From: Mobula birostris
Taxonomy: Eukaryota
Assembly: GCF_030028105.1 (NCBI RefSeq)
Contig: NC_092370.1
Coordinates: 108,700,793-108,764,792, forward strand
Direction of reading: 5' to 3'
Length of the DNA stretch: 64,000 nt
Of the stretch, positions 13,450-22,910 are shown in pieces. The position numbers and the translations under genes were made by a program. The first letter of the stretch is position 1. Each line of letters starts with the position of its first letter. The notes under the pieces were generated by a model. The model was not told the origin of the DNA. It did no database searches and was given only the letters and a program-made list of their open reading frames with translations.

Positions 13450-13865
13450 TGCTCCTCCATGCAATCCACCTGGGTGGTGGGGTGGAGATACGTTTCTACT
13501 ACAGAAGGTGTAAGGCACTCCTTCCCTCCTCTAACTTGCAGGTCACCCTTGGGCAAGGTGTAGCACCTGCTTAGCCCCCCTCCCCCCACTGATCATGCTT
13601 ACGTGAAGCCATGGGAGCAGATGGTGGATGGTCATATGAGCAGCTGGTGCATATCACAAGTCCTGGTTATGCGATCACTGAAGCCAGGAAGACAATCTTG
13701 GAAGAATATAGATAATGGCTGGGGTCACCAGTGTTGTAAAGTTACTGCCCAGAAGAAGGCACTGGCAAATCACTTCTGTAGAAAAAATTGCCATGAACTA
13801 TCATGGTCTTGGAGACCAGGATTGCTCACGTTATACAACACGGCATATAATGATGCTGCTGATGA
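13450..13865 (+). mobile_element. SINE-like element with RTE/Bov-A-like segment
   Basis: agaagaaggcactggcaaatcacttctgtag resembles the Bov-A/RTE AGAAGGCAATGGCAACCCACTCC motif. (tga)n-like tail. Confidence 0.55.
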
Positions 13866-13964
13866 GATCCACATATTGAAATTTGTTTGTGATCCTTTCT
13901 AGTTCATGATCATCATACTTTCAACATCTTCATCCCTCATTTGGATGGTTGTAGTTTGCTTGCC

Positions 13965-14352
13965 ATTCCAGAGACTCCAACACTAATTAAGGCTGACACT
14001 TTAATAGAAGCAAAGACACCATATTGCACAGTAAGAAACTATTCAGAACACCAAGAAAAAGCTTCATTGTCACAGGTACCATTGTTGGGAGATTGAACTG
14101 AGACGCTCTTTGCCCTTTAGACATAGGATATCCGATAATACTATTCAAAGTAGAGTGATTGATGTTACAGGACAGTATTTTTTTTTACCAAGATCATCAA
14201 AATAACCTCTTGTAGTTATCACATTGATTTTGGAAGTACTTTGCATTGTAATATTCCCCTTTACTAGAACAATAACCACTTAATTGGCCATGACATTCTT
14301 TGGGACCATCTGAGAACATACAAGTTATTGTTTTAAATGCAAACTCTTTATT
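13965..14352 (+). mobile_element. Degenerate DeuSINE (SacSINE1-like)
   Basis: ccagagact...aggctgacact, then ttatcacattg, then ttggc...ctttgggac...taaatgcaaactcttt, in the order of the Deu-domain SINE consensus as I recall it. Confidence 0.55.
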
Positions 14353-14929
14353 TGTCCAAATGCAATTCAGGGAAGACCTTCAAATTATATTGTTAATCTA
14401 TTGGAAACCTGTAATGAAAGCTGAAAATTTATAAAATTCACAGTTTCCAGCAGCTGTGTATTTCAAATTTACTGATGGAGTAGCTTCCCAACCTTTCATC
14501 AGCAGATCTCTATTTTCATTCCATTTATCAAGTAATGTTCTTAAATATAAAAGATGCAAGTGGTTGTGAAGAACATTTCTAATAGTGAATACCTCTGCAT
14601 TTTGTTTGTTCCCAATTTGCCAAACTGAAGATTATCTGTTAACCACATATTTCCTGTCAGATTGTCAAAACATTTATACTACAACGTCTCTCACTACTTT
14701 CAAAAACTTTATCTCACAGAATCTTCCCTCTATTTGTTTTCTTTAGCATATCATCTGTGTATGTGAGACATAGTACATAAGCCACAATGTGGCTTTGAAA
14801 TGTTCTGAAGCATGTAGGAAGAATAAACTGATATTCTGCCACACATTAATTCTAATCTTAATCCTTTGATTACACACCCCATTGTGTACCTCTGTGGGTT
14901 TTGAACTACAGGATGACAGCCCAATTGAA

Positions 14930-15100
14930 AATCAAAATACTGCAGATGCTGGAGATCTGAAATAAAAACGTGAAATACTAGATGGCCAGGTATTTGTGGG
15001 AGGAAAGAAAAAACGGAGATAGCATTTCAGGACTGAACTGACAAAAGGTTTTCAACTGGTAATATTAACTCTACTTCTCTTTCCACAGCAGATCTCTAAA
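14930..15100. mobile_element. Old Penelope-terminus-derived repeat
   Basis: aaaatactgcagatgctggagatctgaaataaaaac ... ctgacaaaaggttttcaac ... ctctttccacag. Confidence 0.6.
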
Positions 15101-16144
15101 CTGATAATAATTTCCCATTTTTAAATGAAAGTGCAAGCCTCACTCAAAACTGACAGGGGATTAACTGATCAACTGTCAAGATAAATAGGCTGTGCTTGCA
15201 TACAGTCAGATTCATATTGCAAGCAAAGGATGGGGATTCTCAATGTGGTTAGGTTGAACAATCTCCTGTTTACAATGCACTTCCATCCACATGTTGACCA
15301 TTTTCAAATGACAACTGGCATCAAGCAGATGCATGGTTTTGGAAGTGGTTGATTTGAAAAGATTTGAAAAGAAAAGGAAGTGGCTGATTCTTAACTCCTA
15401 ATTTTTACACCTTTCCACTCTTTACATTTTCCTCTTTCATCACTCCAAATTATTTTCCAGTGTCACTTGCAGAAACATCTGAAAGATTGATTAATTCTGT
15501 TTCCTCCATGAGTTACCCGACTGTCAACCACCTTCTCCATTTAAATGGATCACAGCTAATCTACAACTCAATTCCATGGCACAGTCTTGATTTGTCACCA
15601 AGAGTTCTAAACAAACTTATGACATTTCCAGCATTTGAAGTCAATCGGAGCATGAAAATATCATCATTTTCAGGGCTCCCTCTAGGTCCCATATCATTCT
15701 GACTTACACAAAAAAACATTTCTATCGATTGCAAAATTCTGGAACTCCGCCTACCTGCACATTGAAAGTTTTCTTTTACCACTTAGCTACAGCAATTCAA
15801 GGAGATAGATCAGAGCCCCACCCTTTAAGATTAGTTGAAGATGGGCAATAAACGTCAGCTTTTACAACCAATGTCAACATATTTCTTTGAAATCCCCGAT
15901 ATTCTTTTGTATTAATTTAATTGTGAGAAACGTTAACTGACTTTTGAAAAGAGTAATGAATTGAAACAAGAGATCCTGCAGATACTGGAAATCTTGAGCT
16001 ACAGACACAAAGTGCGTGGGAAACTCAGCAAGTCAGGCAGTATCAAATGCACATACTTTTTTTTTATTTATCTTGCAGATAATCCCAACCTTTCTCTTCT
16101 CAACTGTTGGTTGGTTATTTGTGTACCACCCTAAAGAGTTGATT

Positions 16145-16306
16145 TCTCGTCAGTTCCAGCACGTCACTTCCCGGAGCTGAGTGGAGACCTAGGAAGTGTC
16201 ATCGGAGATTGTTTCAACATTAAAGTTTTCGCTTCCTGAAATATAAACTGGAATTATTTGCTGTTTTGTTTCCGGAGAGAAGATTTCTGTAATGGTCTTT
16301 TTGTCG
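16145..16306 (+). promoter_or_regulatory. Putative MYD88 promoter and 5' non-coding exon
   Basis: CpG-enriched. ACGTCA 16161, near-GAS TTCCCGGAG 16168-16176, ETS AGGAAGTG 16191-16198, ETS-IRF composite TTTCGCTTCC 16227-16236. Donor-like CG|gtatgt at 16307 and a strong acceptor (tttttccctctccccaccccag|) ending 16635, 24 nt before the ATG. Confidence 0.55.
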
Positions 16307-16659
16307 GTATGTTTTATTTTCAGCGTTGATGGTTTCGAAGTTAAAAAAGAATCTTTGGTTGTTCTCTGCAACATGTATTACACACTACAGTAGATTAATA
16401 TGTTCCTCTTGTATTTGTCGAGTTAACACCTTGGCGGGTCTAGAGGCGGAGATAATTTTAATCTGTTTTTAATGAAGCAAATTATTGCTTTGCATTGACG
16501 GGATGATGTTAAATATCCTCTCTTTCCCGTGAGTTCAGTATGAAGTTGGGAAAATGTGTTATCGTTATACTTTGGAGAGGATAAATAAGCGGGGCCGATT
16601 ATAGAAATTATATTTTTTCCCTCTCCCCACCCCAGTGCAGAGTCCTGTGAACTCACAGG

Positions 16660-16996
16660 ATGTTAAGTTGCACGAAGAAAGGTGAGGAAAGTGCAGACTC
16701 ATCCATGCCCATTGACTTCTACTCTGTCCCTCTGAGCGCCCTGAACGTCGCGGTGAGGAAGAAGCTGGCACTCTTCCTCAATCCCAAGAGTGTAGTGGCG
16801 GCAGACTGGACGGAGCTCGCTGAGGAGATGGGTTTTCATTACCTCGAGATTAGGAACTACGACCGGTTAGAGAATCCTACCGGTAAACTGTTGGACGAAT
16901 GGGGATCTAGAGAGGGTTCTTCCGTGGGCAAATTGCTGGAGCTGCTGAGGAAGATAGAGCGAGAAGATATCCTTGAAGACCTCATGATACCCATTG
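16660..16996 (+). CDS. MYD88: MyD88 coding exon 1 (death domain)
   Basis: ATG at 16660 (caggATG, -3 A) gives MLSCTKKGEESADSSMPIDFYSVPLSALNVAVRKKLALFLNPKSVVAADWTELAEEMGFHYLEIRNY...GKLLELLRKIEREDIL, a MyD88 death domain. Phase-1 donor ATTG|gtaagc at 16996/16997. Confidence 0.97.
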
Positions 16997-17269
16997 GTAA
17001 GCTTCTTGATCTCAAGTTTCCCCTGCATTCTTGTATATGCAGTATTATTATTTTACACCTTGGGGAGCATTTTATACTTCTTTTGCATTTTGCCTTTCAA
17101 TTGCCATCCTCAACTGACAGTGGGTCTACCCTTTCAGTACTTCAAATGAAACATTAAACCAGAGTCGAATCAGCAGTAGTAGGTGAACGTAAAAGATTCC
17201 CCAATACGATTTGGAAAAAGACCCAATGGTATCTAGCTGGTTGAAGTGCAAGATGGTGCTTTGGTGAAG

Positions 17270-18790
17270 CTCAGTTTTCAGTGAGGAGAGCAAACAGCTG
17301 AAAAGTAAGACATTTTTCTTGAGTTGTTAAATGACAGTGGAGTTGCACACTCATCTTGTGAGTTGTGAAATCAGAGAGAAATCTCGTGACCTGGTGATTT
17401 TGTCTGCAGGGAGAGTATCCAGCTGCAGCTCCTCTCAGACTGTGTGAATTGATTGGAGCAGCAGCTGGACTCACTCTGGCAGAGATTTATAAAGATAGGA
17501 AGGTGACTATGCCAAAGGTTCTGTCAAATAGATGGGTGACAGCTAAGAGGGTGGAGAAAAGTCATGCAGGAGTCTCCTTTAGCACTTTCTCTCAAACAAG
17601 TATAAACTACTGTTTTGGATGAAGTTGCGGGAATGTCCTCTTGGGAGAAAATGACAGCAGTGGCCAGATGAGTAGCACCATGACTGGCTCTTGTGTGGCA
17701 GTCTAGGTCAAGTACTAGACAAGCAATAGTGATAGTGGTCTCAGACACAGATAAGTGATTCTGTGGCTGCGAGTGAGACTGCCAGGGCCAATAATGTTTC
17801 TGAGAAGGGACAGGTCATTCTGAAAGAGGAGGGCAAGCAGTCAGAGATCATGATCCATGATGGTGCCTATGACAAGCAGAAAGCGAGATGTGGTCCTGCA
17901 AAGAGAGGCAATAAATTAGAAAGCAGAAGCTGTCTCTGAGTTTACTGGGGCTTTGATAGAGATCTTTGTATTTTCTTTAGTGTCAGGGAAGGTCCCGAGG
18001 AATGGGGAATAGCCAGTATTGTTCCTCTGTTTAAGAAGGGCAGTAGAGACAAAACAGGGATAGCATCTACTTTCATCTGGATGAGTATAGACTTGTTAGG
18101 GAGAGTCGATGTGGTTTTGCATGGACGAGTTCATGTCTGAGAAGCTGGAATATTTTGAGGAGATGACAAGGGTGATTGATGGTATGGCAGTGGAAGTACA
18201 CGTCTACGTAAATGCCTGTTAATATAGTTTTAGACAAGATCGCTCATAGTAGACTGGTCCAATAGGCTAATAGTATTCATGAAAACTTGGTAGATTGAAT
18301 TCAAAATTGGCGTGGCCATAGAGACAGAAGAGATGTTGGAATGGAGTTATTTTGACTACAGATCAATAATCAGTGGTGCTGGGACCACTGATCTGGACAA
18401 AAATATATGATTTAAAAAAAAATCTTGTTGGAGTTGTGCACAATGAAGAAGATTGTCAAATGATATAGCAGGATGTTGACCAATTGGCAATATGGGCAGA
18501 GGTATGGCAAATGAAGTTTAATTTGGACAAGTGTGGGGTGTTGCACTTTGAGAACTCAAATATGAGAGTTAAGTATACAGTAAATAACAAAATCCTTAAG
18601 AGAATTGACGTAGTGAGGGATCTTAGGGAGATAGTATATAAAATTATGAGGGGTCTTTTTCCTTGTGCATAGCTTTAAGGCAGGCAGGGAGTGTAAAGGA
18701 GACTTACATGGCAATATTTTACACAATGTGGTAGGTGCCTGGTACACAATGTCGGGGCAAGTGGTGGAAGGAGACAGGATATCAGTGCTT
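17270..18790 (+). mobile_element. Heavily deleted CR1-like LINE in MYD88 intron 1
   Basis: ORF 18484-18672 WAEVWQMKFNLDKCGVLHF and an upstream PLFKKG-type fragment near 18020. Confidence 0.7.
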
Positions 18791-18809
18791 ATGAGGCATT
18801 TAGGTAGAT

Positions 18810-19410
18810 ATGTGAACTGTCATTCCACAGATGCACAGTACAGAGCATCCTAACAAATTGCATTACTACATGGTATGGGAATTGCACTGTGGCAGACAGG
18901 AAGGCTGTACAACAGGTAGTCAAAACTGCCCAATGCATCACCTGCACCAGCCTGCCCACTATTAAGGACGTAAGTGCAGAAAAGTGCTGGAAAAGGGCCA
19001 GTGGCATCTTAAAGGATCCCACCTGCCCTGCTGATAGACTGTTTGTCCCACTCCTTCAGGGAGGAGGCTGTGTAATATCCACACCAGGACCATCAGACTC
19101 AAAAACAGTTACTTTCCCCAAGTTGTAAGGCTGACCAACACCTTCACCCACTAACTCACCCCACCTCACCCCCCCACACTACCATTACTTTATTATTTCT
19201 TGTCAGTCACCTTAATGTACAAACACTCATGTGTCTAGCATTATTTTATGGATGTGCAAATAATCTATGTATGTAAGCCATATGTATTGCATTTTTATTA
19301 TTATGTTCTTTATTTAATTGATTTTTTTGTGCTTCATCGGATCTGGAGTAACAGTTATTTTGCTCTCCTTTACACTTAAGTACCGGAAATGACATTAAAC
19401 AATCTTGAAA
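18810..19410 (+). mobile_element. Rex1/Babar-like LINE 3' end
   Basis: ESILTNCITTWYGNCTVADRKAVQQVVKTAQCIT...ILKDP motif. Tail gacattaaacaatcttgaa. Confidence 0.8.
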
Positions 19411-19440
19411 ACTGTGAAGGACATGAGAGACATTGGAGAT

Positions 19441-19616
19441 CAACGTACAAAATGCGGGAGGAGCTCAGCAGGTCAGGCAGCATCAATGAAGGGAAATAAG
19501 CAATGGACATCTTAGTCCAAGTCCTGATAAAGGGTCTTAGCCCAAACATCAACTGTTTATTTTCCTTCATAGATCTTGCATGACCTGCTGAGTTCTTCTA
19601 GTATTTTGTGTGTTGA
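19441..19616. mobile_element. Fold-back element made of two inverted Penelope termini
   Basis: Arms 19441-19504 and 19552-19616 are imperfect reverse complements, with a degenerate hammerhead-like core at 19521-19555. Confidence 0.75.
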
Positions 19617-20472
19617 ACTATCAAGGAACTGTGAGAGAGATAGACCATATGTAGTTTAAATTGTAGGAATTGTTGGCATAGACATCGTTGGCCAAACAGC
19701 CTGATCCTGCAGTGTAATACTCTATGTTCATTGCTGTTTTTTCCCAAAGAAATTTCCGTTGCATAAACCATCTGCTGTTTTTGAGATATTTCCCTGCATA
19801 AATCAAATGTTGTGTCTTCTACACAATAGTGCTTGCAGATTAAATGTGCTTCATTGATTATAAAGTAGTTTGGGGAAGAACATCTATGAATAGAGAATTT
19901 CTACTTCCTGTGCAATGTGGAGACATTGGAAATTGTGCTGAATCTGGCCATCTGTCTCTGTAGTTTCACAAAGCATCTGGTTCTTTCGCCATTCTCAGTG
20001 CAGTGTCTCAGAAACTTACGTGAAAAATTCATAGAAGTCAAATCGAGGATCTGGTGAAAGATAAATTCCTTACCCAATTGAGACAGTCTTTGATGATGTT
20101 GTATTTCCTTGTGATTAAGTTTGCTGAAGTCTTAGAATTGGAAATAAATAAAATAAAGGTAAGTCTCTTTTTAGCTCATTCACATAGTGTGGTCACCAGT
20201 GGAAGGCCGGACATTGAGGGTCTATCCCAATTTCCCTTTGAAATGAATGGATTACACTGTCATTTTAGATGGAAGTTGAGAATGAACCACATAGTTAGAT
20301 CTGCAGCTACGTTCAGGCAAACCAGAGGAAGAGTAGTAGGTTTGCTTATGAGGACATGGATTTTACAGCATTCCAGTGATCGTATGGTCACCTTTTGCAA
20401 TTCCAAATTTTTATTTCCAAATTTGTTTAATTACATTTTCAGTGCATTCTCCAACTGCTGTGGAAGGACTTA

Positions 20473-20939
20473 AGCCCAATTTATACTTCTGCGTCAAATG
20501 TACGCCGTAGGTACCGCGTACCCTACGCCATAGGGTGATGTGCACCTCCCCAAAAATGTAACTCACACGTTGCGGCGACGCAGACCACAACAACTGTGAT
20601 TGGTCCGTTTGGTAGCATCACATTTCCTCCTGCACATTTCCAGTTGCTTTTCTCCGCCATGTCTGTACACTGATGCAAAATAAATGTTTGGAGACAATGA
20701 ACCAATTCGTCAAATCTACCTGCTGACATCCGAAAATATTTGTAATGCATTTCTTTGTCCATGTCTCTCACAAAGAAACTCAACGGAGTGGCATAGAAAC
20801 CCCACTGCCAACTAGCATTTTGGCGGGGAATTGCAGAGCAATGCAGACACAACTACGCATGCTCGCTATGGCGTAGGGCTATGCAAAAGTATAAATCAGC
20901 CCTACTGCGTAGCCCGTACGCAGAAGTATAAATCAGCCT
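20473..20939 (-). mobile_element. Non-autonomous PIF/Harbinger transposon
   Basis: TIRs agcccaatttatacttctgcgt / acgcagaagtataaatcagcct with TTA on both sides (20470-20472, 20940-20942). Internal remnant [20 protein letters not shown] is typical of Harbinger transposase N-termini. Confidence 0.85.
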
Positions 20940-20942
20940 TTA

Positions 20943-22910
20943 GACTATAAGACCATAAGACATAGGAGCAGAATTAGGCCATTCAGCCAATCACGACTCC
21001 TTTTCCAATCCATTATGGCTGATTCATTATCTCTCTCAACCATCTTCTCTTGCCTCCTCCCGTAACCTTTGACACCTTGACTAACCAGTAACCTATCAAT
21101 ATCTGCTCTAAATACACTCAATGACTTGGCCTCTACAGCCATACATGGCAATGAACTCCACAGGTTCCCTACCCTCTGGCTAGAGAAATTCCTTCTCATC
21201 TCTGTTCTAAATTGATATCCCTCCATTCTGAGGATGTGCCTTCTGGTTCTAGACTCGCCCACTATAGGGAACATCCTCTCCACATTCATTCTATCTAGAC
21301 CTTTCAATATCAGATAGGTTTCAGTAAGATTCCCCCTCACTCTTCTAAGTTCCAGTGAGTATAATCTCAGAACCATCAAATGCTCCTCAAACATTAACCC
21401 TTTCATTCCTGGAAACATTCTTGTGATCCTTCTCTGGACGCCCTCCAGTGCCAGCACATCTCTTTTGTAGATTAGAGGCCCAAAACTGCACATAATACAC
21501 CAATGCATTCTGGCCAATCTGTTATAAAGCCTTAGCATCACATTCTTGCTCTTGGATTCTCATCATCTTGAAATTAATGCTAACATTGCATTTACCTTCC
21601 TCACCACAGACTCAATCTGCAAGTTAACCTTTAGGGAATGCTGCACAAGGATTCCAAAGTCCCTTTGCACCTTTTGAAATTTCTCCCAGTTTAGAAAATT
21701 GTACACACCTTTAACCTTTCTAACAAAGTGCATGACAACACTCTTCCCTAAACTATATTCCATCTGCCATTTCTTTGCCATTCTCCCAATCTGTCCAAGT
21801 CCTTCTGCAAACTCCTTGCTTCCTCAACACTACCCGTGCCTCCACCTATCCTTGTATTGTCTGCAAACTTGGCCACAAAGCTATCAATTCTGTCATCCAA
21901 ATGGTTGGCATATAACGTGAAAAGAGGCAATCCAAATACAGACTCCTGCAGAGTACCACGAGTCACCGGCAGTAAACCAAAATAGGCCTCCTTTATTCTG
22001 ACTCTTTGCCTCCTCCAGTCAGCCAATGCTCTATCCATGCTACTAGCTTTCCTGTAATTCCATGGGCTCTTATCTTCTTAAGCAGTCTCATGTGCAGCAC
22101 CTTGATAAGGGCCTTCTGAAAATCCAAGTAAACAACATCCACTGACTCTTTGTCTATCCTGCTTGTTATTTCCTCAAAGAATTCCAACAGATTTGTTAGG
22201 CAAGATTTCCACTCAGGGAAACCATGCTGACTTTGGACTACTTGATCATGAGCCTCTTAGCCCAAAATCTCATCCTTAATAATTGACTCCAACATCTTCC
22301 CAACCACTGAAGTTAGGCTAAATGGCCTATAATTTCCTTTCTTCTGTCTCCCTCCCTTCTTAAATAGTGGAGAGACACTTGCAAAGTTCTAGTCCACCAG
22401 AATCTAGTGATTATTGACAGATCATTGCTAATGCCTCCATAATCTCTTCAGCTACCTCTTTCAGATCCCTGGGGTGTAGTCCATTTGGTCCGGGACATAT
22501 TTACCTTCAAACCATTCTGCTTCCCAAATATCTTCTCCTTAGTAATAGCAACTACACTCACTTCTGCCCCGTGATATTCTTGAATTTCTGACATGTTGCT
22601 TGTGTCTTCCACAGTGAAGACTGGCACAAAGTATTTACTAAATTTGTCTGCCATTTCCTTGTTCCCCATTACTACCTCTCCAGCATCATTTTCCTGCAGT
22701 CCATCCACTCTCGCCTCTCTTTTATCATTTATATATCTGAAAAATCGTTTGGTTTTCTCTTTGATATTCTTGGCTAACTTACCTTCATATTTCATCTTTT
22801 CTATCCTCATGCTTTTTTAGTTACCTTCTACTGGCTTTTAACAGCTTCCTAATATTCTAACTTCTCATTTTTTGCTATATTATATGCCCTCTTTTTTTGC
22901 TTTTATGACT
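20943..22910 (-). mobile_element. CR1-like LINE, ~2 kb with 3' end
   Basis: ORFs 20945-22810(-) contain YLDFQKA, KFADNT and WQMEYS motifs. Tail (cttatggt)n on the minus strand. Confidence 0.92.

Noticed and set aside
16997-17157. C-terminal extension of ORF 16660-17157
   Set aside because: Intronic read-through after a canonical gtaag donor; MyD88 similarity stops at 16996.
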